Below, one piece after another: positions 1 to 9,068 of a stretch of DNA of 64,000 nucleotides (position 1 is its first letter; each line of letters starts with the position of its first letter). This DNA comes from Christensenellaceae bacterium. GTDB taxonomy: Bacteria > Bacillota > Clostridia > Christensenellales > CAG-138. The notes beneath the pieces were generated by a model that ran no database searches, was not told the DNA's origin, and saw nothing but the letters and a program-made list of their open reading frames with translations. The DNA lies in NCBI GenBank assembly GCA_963667195.1, contig OY762962.1:162896-226895 (forward strand). The letters run 5' to 3'. The position numbers and the translations under genes were made by a program.

Positions 1-1
1 C

Positions 2-94
2 ATTCCGGATGGGCCCCGCATCGGCAATGTCGCCCTCTCTCCGCGCGGAGACTGGCGCATGCCCAGCGACGCCCAACCGCACGCGTTCCAGTAA
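2..94 (+). CDS. Probable 3' end of an upstream gene (partial, ...[30 protein letters not shown])
   Basis: Open frame from the window edge to TAA at 92-94, followed directly by a terminator; product not identifiable. Confidence 0.35.
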   Translation: MPDGPRIGNVALSPRGDWRMPSDAQPHAFQ

Positions 95-110
95 GAGTTG
101 AAGTAACAGC

Positions 111-136
111 AAAGCCGCCCCGAAGGGCGGCTTTTT
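111..136 (+). terminator. Rho-independent terminator (copy 1 of a 26-bp repeat)
   Basis: AAAGCCGCCC-CGAA-GGGCGGCTTTTT hairpin with T-tract. Confidence 0.85.
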
Positions 137-263
137 GAGATTTTCAGTTGCAATAAAGTTTAAAGATAACGTCCAATGATAAGAGTAATATTGAGAGTAT
201 CTTCATTTACTTAAAAATTTCATAGTGAATCGGCCTCATGTTGTTTGAAAGGAAGAAGCTAAT

Positions 264-1907
264 ATGTCTTTCATGTCGCGCTTGATGTCACTGATCCTTT
301 CACTGCCACCCGCAACCCATCGCAAGCTGGAATTTCAGCCTGACCTGCAAATTCCGATGCCGGATGGCGTAGTGCTGCTCGCGAACCGCGTCGCACCGGT
401 CGGCGGAGAACATCTTCCGATCATCCTGGTGCGCGACCCGTACTCGTTTCGCGGGAAAACGCCCGATTTCATCTCGCAGGTGATCGCGGAGCGCGGCTAT
501 CAGGTCGTCTATCAAAACTGCCGCGGTCGTTGGGGCTCCGGCGGTGATTTTGAGCCGTTTCAGAACGAGCGTGCGGACGGATTGGCCACGCTGCAATGGA
601 TCTCCGAACAGTCCTGGTTCAGCGGTTCGGTCGGCATGTACGGCCTGAGCTACTGGGGCTATGCCCAACTCGCGTTAGGCGCGGGCGCTCCATCGTTTCT
701 CAAGGCTCTGGTGCCGCAGATGTCCGCTTCCCGCATCTACAACGTGTTCCGTTCCGGTGGCGTTGTGCGACTTTTCACGCTGTTGAGTTGGTGCTATTCT
801 ACATTCGTTACGAATTCCAAGCAGGACCCGAAGGAAGCGCAGCTTGCGCGTAAGCAGCAGGCAGCCATATTAAGCAAAAGCGCACAGCATCTGCCCGTGG
901 GTGAAGCGGATCAACTTGTGATCGGCAGCAAACTGACGTTTTATCAGGATGTGCTTGCTAATTGCAATCCGCAGGACGCGTTCTGGGCTGCGACAGACTT
1001 TTCCGCACTGGTGAAAGACATCGAAGCTCCGGTGCACTTTGTCGACGGTTGGTATGACTTCTTCCTCGCGGATCAGTTGCGCGACTATACCGCGCTAAAG
1101 GAGGCGGGCAAGAACCCGTACTTAACGGTCGGCCCTTGGACGCACGCAGAGATCAACGGCATGAAATCAGGTTTTCAGGAGAGCTTTCGTTGGTATGATG
1201 CGTACTTGAAGGGTAACCTCAACGCGCTGCGCACTTCTCCCGTTCGCGTATTTATCATGGGCATACAGCGGTGGGTGGATCTGCCGTCCTGGCCGCCGGA
1301 ATCGGCTGCTTCTTCGCTCTTTTTATCCTCCGGCGGCGCGCTCGCCAAGAAATCCGAGGCATCCACCACACCTTCGCGCTATCGGTATGATCCTGCAAAT
1401 CCGACGCCAAGCATCGGTGGCGCGATCATCGAGGGCGGCGGTGCAAAGGATAACCGCGCCGTTGAATCGCGAAAGGATGTGCTGGTGTTCACCGGCGAAC
1501 CGCTGCGCGAGTACATCACCATCATGGGCAGCGTTTCGGTGAACCTGTTTGTGCGCTCCTCAAACGCGAATACAGACTTCTTTGTGCGCCTTTGCGATGT
1601 TGCGCCGGACAACAAGAAGTCGCTCAACATCTGCGACGGTTTGATTCGTCTCTCGCCGGGTTCTACGACGCCCGATGAAGCAGGCGTGCAATCCATCCGG
1701 ATCGAGCTATCCCCAACCGCATACTGTTTCCAGCCCGGGCACCGCATCCGCCTGCAGGTTTCCAGCAGCGCTCATCCGCTCTATGCGCGCAATCTCGGCA
1801 CCGGCGAACCCATGTCGTCCGCCGTCGCGATGCTGCCGTCCGATCAGGAAGTATTTCACGATGCTGTGCATCCATCGCGATTGATCCTGCCTGTCCTGGA
1901 TCATTGA
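264..1907 (+). CDS. CocE/NonD family serine hydrolase (X-Pro dipeptidyl-peptidase-like)
   Basis: 547 aa; IPMPDGVVL, RGRWGSGG, nucleophile motif GLSYWG, GWYD, GPWTH, and C-terminal PepX_C-type motifs (YDPANPTPSIGG, GHRIRLQVSS); RBS GAAAGGA. Confidence 0.9.
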   Translation: MSFMSRLMSLILSLPPATHRKLEFQPDLQIPMPDGVVLLANRVAPVGGEHLPIILVRDPYSFRGKTPDFISQVIAERGYQVVYQNCRGRWGSGGDFEPFQNERADGLATLQWISEQSWFSGSVGMYGLSYWGYAQLALGAGAPSFLKALVPQMSASRIYNVFRSGGVVRLFTLLSWCYSTFVTNSKQDPKEAQLARKQQAAILSKSAQHLPVGEADQLVIGSKLTFYQDVLANCNPQDAFWAATDFSALVKDIEAPVHFVDGWYDFFLADQLRDYTALKEAGKNPYLTVGPWTHAEINGMKSGFQESFRWYDAYLKGNLNALRTSPVRVFIMGIQRWVDLPSWPPESAASSLFLSSGGALAKKSEASTTPSRYRYDPANPTPSIGGAIIEGGGAKDNRAVESRKDVLVFTGEPLREYITIMGSVSVNLFVRSSNANTDFFVRLCDVAPDNKKSLNICDGLIRLSPGSTTPDEAGVQSIRIELSPTAYCFQPGHRIRLQVSSSAHPLYARNLGTGEPMSSAVAMLPSDQEVFHDAVHPSRLILPVLDH

Positions 1908-1934
1908 GCGGGATATAGAATCATTTTCCCAACA

Positions 1935-1960
1935 AAAGCCGCCCCGAAGGGCGGCTTTTT
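1935..1960. terminator. Bidirectional terminator between the hydrolase and hflX (copy 2 of the 26-bp repeat)
   Basis: Identical to 111-136; A-tract and T-tract on the two sides; lies between convergent genes. Confidence 0.85.
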
Positions 1961-1984
1961 ATGTTGCTTACGTTATCTATTTGC

Positions 1985-3751
1985 TTAACCCGAAATCGCC
2001 TTCTTGATGCGCCAGGTTTCGCTTTCGTTGAGTAATAGCGTCAGGTGCGTGCCGTCCTCCTCGTGCGACTCGGACAGGATGGTCGCGCTCTGGCGGATCA
2101 TCTGCATCGCGCCGTGCTTGTCATACGGAACGACGACCTCCAGCCGCACCTGAGACTTTGCGAGCGCTTCCTCAATCGCCTTGAGCAGCGCTTCCACTCC
2201 GTCGCCCGTCGCCGCGCTGATGGCGATGCCGCCGCTTCTCGGCTTGGCTTCGGGTTTGTCGATCTTGTTATATACGTCGATTCTCTGCGTATCTATCGCG
2301 CCGAGTGAGGTCAATACCTCCTCGACCACGCGCATCTGCACGTCGAAGTAATCGCTGGAGCTATCCACCACATGCAGCACGAGATCCGCGTCGCACACCT
2401 CGTCCAGTGTGGAGCGAAACGCGTTGACCAGATCGTGCGGCAGCTTGTTGATGAAACCGACCGTGTCGGAAAGCAAACACTCGGCGCCGTTTGGCAGCGT
2501 AATCTTGCGCACGATGGGATCGAGCGTCGCAAAGAGCTTGTCTTCCGCCAGCGCATCCGCACCGGAGAGCAGGTTGAGGAGCGTCGATTTACCCGCGTTG
2601 GTGTAGCCCACCAGCGCCACGACGGGAATCGGGTTCGCCGCGCGCTTTGCCCGGCGTAAGCCGCGCTGCTTTTCAATTTCAGCGAGCTCCTGCTCGAGTT
2701 CAAATACGCGCCTGCGGATTCTGCGGCGGTCGATCTCCAGCTTTTTTTCGCCCGGGCCGCGCATGCCGACGCCGGAGGAACCCTGCCGGGACAGCACCTT
2801 GCCCATGCCGAGCAAACGCGGCAGGCGGTACTTGAGCTGCGCCAGCTCGACCTGCAGCTTGCCCTCGCGGGACTGCGCGCGCTGCGCGAAGATATCCAGT
2901 ATCAGCATCGTGCGGTCGATGATGGGTAAGCCCAACACCAGCTCCAGATTGCGCAGCTGGATGGCGGTCAGCTCATCGTCAAACACGAAGATATCCGCTT
3001 CGCAGGCGGAGGCCGTCAGCGCGAGCTCCTCCGCTTTGCCGCTGCCGATATAGGTCGCGGCGTCCACGGCGCGTCTGCGCTGCTGTTCCTTCGCGACGAC
3101 CTTGATGCCCGCGGTCTGGCAAAGCTCCGCCAATTCGGAGAGCGTGTCGTAGCCGTCCGCGGACTCGATGCCCGCGAGCACGGCGCGATCCGGCTTGATC
3201 TCCACGATGTTGTAGGTGTCGGAAAGCAGGCGCTTATCCGCCTCAAGAATCGCGTCCATGAGCTGCTTTTGCGGCAGATGGTGCGCGCGCATCGGCCCGT
3301 ACCAAATGGGGATGCGCTCCTCGCCTTCCATGTCGCCGATGAAGGCGGCATAGACGCTGCTCGCCTTGCCTTCCTTGACACCGATGGCGCACATGGCGTC
3401 GAGGCGCAGCGCGTTGAGTGAGCCAAGATCGACATCCGAAAGATACCCCGTCTCGTTCGGGTGCGTGTGGATGCAGCGCACACCGCTGAGGCGGTCGATG
3501 TTGCGCACAAGGCGCATCTCCTCCATATGGACGGAGTGGTCGTCGCCCACGCGAACATCCTCAATCTTGCCCACGCGAGAGACGTAGATCAGCACCTCGC
3601 GGTTGATGATGGATGTAAAATGCACCAGCGCGTCGCAGACCTCGTCCGAAAGGAACTCGTCCGCGGACATCTCGATATCGTAGAGCAGCAGCATTTCATT
3701 TAGAACGATGTCCCGAATGCCGCCGATATTACCGTGTATTTCTCGTTTCAT
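1985..3751 (-). CDS. hflX: GTPase HflX, long form with N-terminal extension
   Basis: LDIFAQRAQSREGKLQVELAQL, GPGEKKLEIDRR, G1 GYTNAGKST, LFATLD, DTVGFI, NKID; start placed at ATG 3751, downstream of the predicted promoter. Confidence 0.95.
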   Translation of the reverse strand: MKREIHGNIGGIRDIVLNEMLLLYDIEMSADEFLSDEVCDALVHFTSIINREVLIYVSRVGKIEDVRVGDDHSVHMEEMRLVRNIDRLSGVRCIHTHPNETGYLSDVDLGSLNALRLDAMCAIGVKEGKASSVYAAFIGDMEGEERIPIWYGPMRAHHLPQKQLMDAILEADKRLLSDTYNIVEIKPDRAVLAGIESADGYDTLSELAELCQTAGIKVVAKEQQRRRAVDAATYIGSGKAEELALTASACEADIFVFDDELTAIQLRNLELVLGLPIIDRTMLILDIFAQRAQSREGKLQVELAQLKYRLPRLLGMGKVLSRQGSSGVGMRGPGEKKLEIDRRRIRRRVFELEQELAEIEKQRGLRRAKRAANPIPVVALVGYTNAGKSTLLNLLSGADALAEDKLFATLDPIVRKITLPNGAECLLSDTVGFINKLPHDLVNAFRSTLDEVCDADLVLHVVDSSSDYFDVQMRVVEEVLTSLGAIDTQRIDVYNKIDKPEAKPRSGGIAISAATGDGVEALLKAIEEALAKSQVRLEVVVPYDKHGAMQMIRQSATILSESHEEDGTHLTLLLNESETWRIKKAISG

Positions 3752-3824
3752 GTGGTTACTTGTTTTTTCCGTTTCTGTTTCAATTGCGTTTTCGCACGTG
3801 TTTGGGTGCTTTTCGCTTGAACGT

Positions 3825-3853
3825 ATCATATCATTCCCTTCGCCCGCTGACAA
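3825..3853 (-). promoter_or_regulatory. Sigma-A type promoter of hflX
   Basis: TTGTCA-17 bp-TATGAT with TG extension on the minus strand. Confidence 0.65.
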
Positions 3854-3884
3854 TTAGAAAGAGTCCTTGGCAGTGGTGCTCGAA

Positions 3885-3923
3885 CCAAAAAGAGCCCGAA
3901 GGAACTCCCTCCAGGCTCTTTGG
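3885..3923 (-). terminator. Terminator after the cysS-associated gene
   Basis: AAGAGCC...GGCTCTT hairpin followed by TTTTT on the minus strand. Confidence 0.6.
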
Positions 3924-3937
3924 ATTGCCGTTTCGCC

Positions 3938-4447
3938 TTACTTAACGTTCTTGTCCTCATCGTCGAAGTTAAACGCAGAGGACGGCATGGAAGAGCCGCC
4001 GCGCGGTGCCGCGCTCTGCTTCGACTTGGCCTGTGCGTCCTTGTCGACATACTTGCGCATCTTGACGACGAGGAACACGATGAGTCCCAGCGTCAGCGCG
4101 AGAGCGACGTAGGAGATGATATCAAACACCGGCGCCGTGAGGAAGGAGAACGCACCGAGGTCTTTGATTGTCACCCAGCCATAGACCGCCTTGGCGGTTT
4201 CGGTTGCGGGCGTGATCTCCTGATAGGCGTAAAACGTGTTGCGGAGCAGGGATGCCGCGCTGTTGATCACCATCGCGATGCCGAGGAAGATGTAGATTTT
4301 GCGGGAGAGCGCTTTGAACTCCTCCTGCAAATCCTCTTTGATGTTCTCTACGCTGTAGAGTTTTCCCTTGCCGACGATGCCCGAGTAGAGCACATAGACA
4401 GAAACGGCGAGCAGCAGCCAGTCAAACATGGCAAATGAGTTGGACAT
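3938..4447 (-). CDS. Hypothetical membrane protein (about 3 TM)
   Basis: 169 aa, three hydrophobic segments, RBS AAGGAG. Confidence 0.75.
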   Translation of the reverse strand: MSNSFAMFDWLLLAVSVYVLYSGIVGKGKLYSVENIKEDLQEEFKALSRKIYIFLGIAMVINSAASLLRNTFYAYQEITPATETAKAVYGWVTIKDLGAFSFLTAPVFDIISYVALALTLGLIVFLVVKMRKYVDKDAQAKSKQSAAPRGGSSMPSSAFNFDDEDKNVK

Positions 4448-4501
4448 ATTGATTTCTCCTTGTCAAAATGTATTTCTTTGTGAATGCTTCGATTCGCTTC
4501 G

Positions 4502-5893
4502 TTATAGTTTCTTGAGCTTCGGGCCGGTCGCCGTGTCCTCCACGGTAAAGCCCATTTCCTTAAGCGCATCGCGAATCTCGTCCGCGCGCGCAAAGTTTTT
4601 CGCCTTGCGAACAACCTGCCGCTCTTCCAGCAGCGCCAATGCTTCGGCGGGGAACTCCTCCGCCTTTGCGTGGGTTAAAATGCCCAGCACGCCGGTGAGC
4701 TCGCTAAAGAGTGCCTGACCCGCTTCCAGTGCGGCTTTTCCGCGCGGCTCGGTGACAAAGGTGTTCGCAGCACGCGCAAAGTCGAACAGCACGCCGATGG
4801 CGTCCGCCGTATTGAGGTCGTCGTCCATCGCCTCGCAGAAGCGCGCCTTGATGTCCTGCAGCTGGGTGAGGAACGCTGCGTCCTCCGCCGTGCCATCGGG
4901 CGCAATCTGCGCCTCGGCGAGCCGCTCTTTCGCGGTGCGGAGTCGTTCCAGCGCGCTCTCTGCCTGCTGAATCATCTCGCGCGAGAAGTTCACGGGGTTA
5001 CGGTACTGCACGCCCAGCATGAACATCCGCACGGCTTCGAGATCAAATTCCTTGGCGATATCACGCACGGTAAAGAAGTTGTTGAGCGATTTGCTCATCT
5101 TCTGGTTATCCACGTTGATATAGCCGTTGTGCATCCAGTAGCGCGCAAACGGGTGTCCCGTTGCAGCCTCGCTCTGCGCAATCTCGTTCTCGTGGTGCGG
5201 GAAGATCAAATCCTGCCCGCCGCCGTGAATATCAAACGTTTCGCCGAGGATCGCCATGCTCATGGCGGAGCACTCGATGTGCCAGCCCGGCCTGCCTTTG
5301 CCCCAGGGAGAATCCCAGCTCGGTTCGCCGGGCTTTTCCGCTTTCCAGAGCGCGAAGTCGAGCGGGTCGCGCTTCGACTCGTCGGGATCGACGCGTGCGC
5401 CATTTTCCAGATCGTCGATGTTCTGGCCGGAGAGCTTGCCGTAGCCGTCAAAGCTGCGAACGGAGAAATAGACGTCTCCATCCGGCGTGGCATAGGCGTG
5501 ACCCTTTTCGATGAGCGTGCTCACGAGCGAGATGATCTCGCCGATGTGCTCGGTGGCTCTGGGGTTCACGCTCGCGCGGCGCACGCCAAGCGCGTCCGCA
5601 TCGTGGTAATATTCCTTGATGAAGCGCTCGCCGAGTTCCTTGACCGTGGTTCCCTCTTCGTTTGCCCGGCGGATCATCTTGTCGTCGATGTCCGTAAAGT
5701 TCTGCACAAAGCGCACGTTGTATCCGCGATATTCCAGATAGCGGCGCAGGGTGTCGAATACGATAAACGGGCGCGCGTTACCGATGTGGAAGTAGTTATA
5801 GACCGTAGGTCCACAGGCGTACATCGAAATCTGTCCCGGAACGAGCGGAATGAGCTCCTCTTTCTTGCGCGTCATCGTATTATAGATCTGCAT
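4502..5893 (-). CDS. cysS: Cysteine--tRNA ligase
   Basis: CGPTVY, HIGN, PGWHIECSAM, DIHGGGQDLIFPHHENE, KMSKS; RBS GGAGG. Confidence 0.98.
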   Translation of the reverse strand: MQIYNTMTRKKEELIPLVPGQISMYACGPTVYNYFHIGNARPFIVFDTLRRYLEYRGYNVRFVQNFTDIDDKMIRRANEEGTTVKELGERFIKEYYHDADALGVRRASVNPRATEHIGEIISLVSTLIEKGHAYATPDGDVYFSVRSFDGYGKLSGQNIDDLENGARVDPDESKRDPLDFALWKAEKPGEPSWDSPWGKGRPGWHIECSAMSMAILGETFDIHGGGQDLIFPHHENEIAQSEAATGHPFARYWMHNGYINVDNQKMSKSLNNFFTVRDIAKEFDLEAVRMFMLGVQYRNPVNFSREMIQQAESALERLRTAKERLAEAQIAPDGTAEDAAFLTQLQDIKARFCEAMDDDLNTADAIGVLFDFARAANTFVTEPRGKAALEAGQALFSELTGVLGILTHAKAEEFPAEALALLEERQVVRKAKNFARADEIRDALKEMGFTVEDTATGPKLKKL

Positions 5894-6013
5894 GGTATCT
5901 CCTCCGTGTATCGTTATACTATATCACAGTTTGTCCCAATCGTATCGGGAATTCTGTTGTTAATCCTTGGTTTTCTATTGGAGCAAGGATTTCAGTTTAT
6001 TAAAAATCTGTCG

Positions 6014-6748
6014 TTATCCTTTGCTTTTCTCGCGCAACTCGGCTTCCAGTGCGTCCAAGCGCTGTTTAAGCTGCTCGAGCTGCTGCTCCACCGGATCGGG
6101 TAGATCGACCTGATCGAGATCGACGCCCGCCTCACCGGACAGGCCCTCGGTTCTTCTGACGCATTTGTCCGTGTCGCTACACTCGCATTTGCCGTCGTCA
6201 CACATCCCAACCCGCTCGCAAGGCACCTTGCAGCCATAGAGCCGCACCACGTGGCCCGGCACGCCGACCACGGTGGAAAACGCGGGCACATCCTTGAGCA
6301 CCACCGCGCCCGCGCCGATCTTCGCGTGGCTGCCGACCGTGACCGGGCCAAGCACCTTCGCGCCTGCCGAGATCGTGACATGGTCGCCGACCGTCGGGTG
6401 GCGCTTGCCGGTGTCCTTGCCCGTTCCGCCGAGCGTCGCGCCCTGGAAGATGGTCACGTCGTCGCCGATGACCGCGGTTTCGCCGATCACCACGCCAACG
6501 CCGTGGTCGATGAAGAGGCGCTCGCCGATCGTAGCGCCGGGGTGAATATCGATGCCAGTGGTAAAGCGGCACCATTCCGACGTCATGCGCGCGAGAAGGT
6601 TCATCTTGCGGCGGTAGAACCAGTTCGCTCTGCGGTGGATGCGCACGGCGCGAAACCCCGGGTAGCAGAGCATAACCTCCCAGATGGATTTTGCGGCGGG
6701 GTCTCGTTTGAGCACCGCCTGCAGATCGCTTTTCAGCGTTTTGAACAT
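6014..6748 (-). CDS. cysE: Serine O-acetyltransferase
   Basis: RDPAA, IDIHPGATIG, FIDHG, GGTGKDTGKRHPT, hexapeptide repeats; start set at ATG 6748 after RBS AAAGGA. Confidence 0.95.
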   Translation of the reverse strand: MFKTLKSDLQAVLKRDPAAKSIWEVMLCYPGFRAVRIHRRANWFYRRKMNLLARMTSEWCRFTTGIDIHPGATIGERLFIDHGVGVVIGETAVIGDDVTIFQGATLGGTGKDTGKRHPTVGDHVTISAGAKVLGPVTVGSHAKIGAGAVVLKDVPAFSTVVGVPGHVVRLYGCKVPCERVGMCDDGKCECSDTDKCVRRTEGLSGEAGVDLDQVDLPDPVEQQLEQLKQRLDALEAELREKSKG

Positions 6749-6797
6749 ATCTTTTGTGTTTCCTTTCGCGGAGTGCCTCGTGCGGTACTCCGTCAGC

Positions 6798-7060
6798 AAA
6801 TAAAATAAGCGCAACCATCATAAAGACGATTGCGCATCGCGGTTCCACTTTATTTGAAGAATTACAAAAATTCTTCCTCTCAAGGCTGTAACGCAGCTGC
6901 TGCGTCCGCCGATACTCGGCCGATCCATCGCATGGCGGCACTTTGTCGGCGGCGGCTCTCGGAAGGCACTTCGGCAACTCTGGTTCAGGTTGGCTTTCAG
7001 CCGGTGACCAACCCTCTCTTGGAACAAACGGAAGATGCTTACTCTTTTCCGATCATACGC
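6798..7060 (-). promoter_or_regulatory. T-box riboswitch (Cys-specific) with its terminator, upstream of cysE-cysS
   Basis: Minus strand: AGTA, AGAGA and GCTGAAA stem-I motifs; GAAG-TGC specifier candidate; T-box AATAAAGTGGAACCGCG (about 6838-6854); terminator GCGCAATCGTC/GATGGTTGCGC followed by a T-rich tail. Confidence 0.88.
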
Positions 7061-7242
7061 CTGTTTCATATGATTGATACCTTAGTTTATGGTAAATTTA
7101 GTCCGTATGTCAAGATGCAATGTGACTTTCTCACACAACAATCACACCGCAAATCACGACTTTTCCCCTTGTCAAATCATGATTTCTGGGCGATAATAAA
7201 TTGTTTATCAGAATTATTGTGGTTATGTAGGAGAAATGTGCT

Positions 7243-8970
7243 ATGAGAATGAGCGAATTGCTCGGCGAGCGTTACAAAGAGAAACCCGCAGACTGCACCA
7301 TTGAGAGCCACGCGCTCATGGTGCGCGGCGGCTACATCAAGCAGATCAACACCGGCGTGTATACGCTGCTGCCGCCCGCAAGACGCATCACGCAGAAGAT
7401 TGAGCGCATCATCCGTGAGGAGATGGACGCCATCGATGGTCAGGAAGTGCTTTTCCCCGTCGTGCTGCCCGCCGACCTCTGGAAAGAGAGCGGCAGGTTC
7501 ACGAGCGTCGGCAAAGAGCTGGTTCGCCTGACCGACCGCATGGGCGCGGACATGGTGCTCGGCATGACGCACGAGGAAGCAGCGGTGCACCTCGCGCGCG
7601 ACGCCGCCAAGAGCTATGCCAAGTATCCTTTTATGATCTATCAGATTCAGACCAAGTTCCGCGACGAGCCCCGCGCCCGCGGCGGTCTGATTCGCGTACG
7701 CGAGTTTACGATGAAGGACGCGTATTCCTTCCACACAAATCAGGCGGATCTGGAAGAGTATTACCAGCGCTGCTATGTCGCGTATGAGCGCATCTTCCGG
7801 CGCGCAGGCTGCAAAAATGTCATCGCCGTGCTCTCCGATTCCGGCATGATGGGCGGTCGCGTTTCGCACGAGTTCATGCTGCTCACCGCCATCGGCGAGG
7901 ACACGCTGGTCATCTGCGACAACTGCGACTTCAAGGCAAATATCGAAGCCTGCGCCAGCGTGGTGGATAACTCCACACTCGGAGCAGTCGAAGCGCTCAC
8001 CCTCGTGCCCACGCCGGAGATGGCGACCATCGAGGAAGTCGCGGGCTATCTGCACAAGCCGCATAACGCCACCTGCAAGGCGGTCGTCTATCAGCGCAAC
8101 GCGGACGACAGCTACGTCATCGCGTTTGTGCGCGGAGACCTCGAGGTACACGAAACCAAGCTGCGCAACACCGTCGGCGCGGAGATCCATCCCGCCGTCA
8201 TCACGCCGGAGAGCGGCATCGTCGCGGGCTTCATCGGGCCCAAAGGCCTCGACACCAAGAAGATCACCGTGCTGTTCGACCGCTCGCTTGAGGGCATCGG
8301 TGCGCTCGTCTGCGGCGCGAACCAGCAGGACTACCACTACACCGGCTTCAACATCGAGCGCGACTACGGCAAGGTTTCGTATGTGGACGTCGCCCGCGCG
8401 ATTCCCGGTGGCATCTGCCCTGTCTGCGGCAAACCGACACTGACCATCAGCAACGGTGTCGAGGTCGGCAACATCTTCCAGCTTGGCGACAAGTACACCA
8501 AGAGCATGAACATGCAGTATCTCGACGAAAACGGCCAGCTGCAATACCCCATCATGGGTTGCTACGGCATCGGCGTGGGTCGTCTCTCCGCGAGCGTCTG
8601 TGAAGAGAGCCACGATGAATACGGCCCCATCTGGCCGATCAGCATCGCACCGTGGGAAGCGCAAATCTGCGTGCTCCGCGCGGATCAGGAGGAGCCCAAA
8701 CGCGTTGGCGAAGAGCTCTACGCCGCGCTGCAGAAAGCTGGCGTGGATACCATCATCGACGATCGTCCGGTCAGCGCGGGCGTCGTGTTCTCGGAAGCCG
8801 ACCTCATCGGCGCGCCGATTCGCCTCACCGTCAGCCCCCGCAATCTCGCGGACGGCATGATCGAGCTCACCACGCGCGACAAGCGGATCAAGAAGCAGGT
8901 TCCCGTTGTGGAAGCGCTTTCCGCCGTGCTGGAGCTCAAAGCACAGCTCTTTGCCGAGATCATGGAGTAA
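7243..8970 (+). CDS. proS: Proline--tRNA ligase (bacterial type with editing insertion)
   Basis: MTHEE, YQIQTKFRDEPRARGGLIRVREF, EVGNIFQLG, MGCYGIGVGR. Confidence 0.97.
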   Translation: MRMSELLGERYKEKPADCTIESHALMVRGGYIKQINTGVYTLLPPARRITQKIERIIREEMDAIDGQEVLFPVVLPADLWKESGRFTSVGKELVRLTDRMGADMVLGMTHEEAAVHLARDAAKSYAKYPFMIYQIQTKFRDEPRARGGLIRVREFTMKDAYSFHTNQADLEEYYQRCYVAYERIFRRAGCKNVIAVLSDSGMMGGRVSHEFMLLTAIGEDTLVICDNCDFKANIEACASVVDNSTLGAVEALTLVPTPEMATIEEVAGYLHKPHNATCKAVVYQRNADDSYVIAFVRGDLEVHETKLRNTVGAEIHPAVITPESGIVAGFIGPKGLDTKKITVLFDRSLEGIGALVCGANQQDYHYTGFNIERDYGKVSYVDVARAIPGGICPVCGKPTLTISNGVEVGNIFQLGDKYTKSMNMQYLDENGQLQYPIMGCYGIGVGRLSASVCEESHDEYGPIWPISIAPWEAQICVLRADQEEPKRVGEELYAALQKAGVDTIIDDRPVSAGVVFSEADLIGAPIRLTVSPRNLADGMIELTTRDKRIKKQVPVVEALSAVLELKAQLFAEIME

Positions 8971-9020
8971 TAGCGGTTTAACCGCATATCTGTAATCCCG
9001 ACACATCAACTGCAACAAAC

Positions 9021-9057
9021 AACGCCGCAAGAGCAATCTTGCGGCGTTTGTGTTTTT
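9021..9057. terminator. Terminator between proS and the convergent EAL gene
   Basis: AACGCCGCAAGA-GCAA-TCTTGCGGCGTT perfect 12-bp stem with T-rich tail. Confidence 0.8.
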
Positions 9058-9068
9058 CCGGTTTTTCG

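Noticed and set aside
3752-3824. Possible antibiotic-responsive leader peptide before hflX, as in Listeria hflXr
   Set aside because: The leader is short and A-rich, with no uORF or attenuator hairpin visible.
5962-5991. AATCCTTG/CAAGGATT inverted repeat between cysE and cysS
   Set aside because: Weak stem with no T-tract in the direction of transcription; I cannot support a function.
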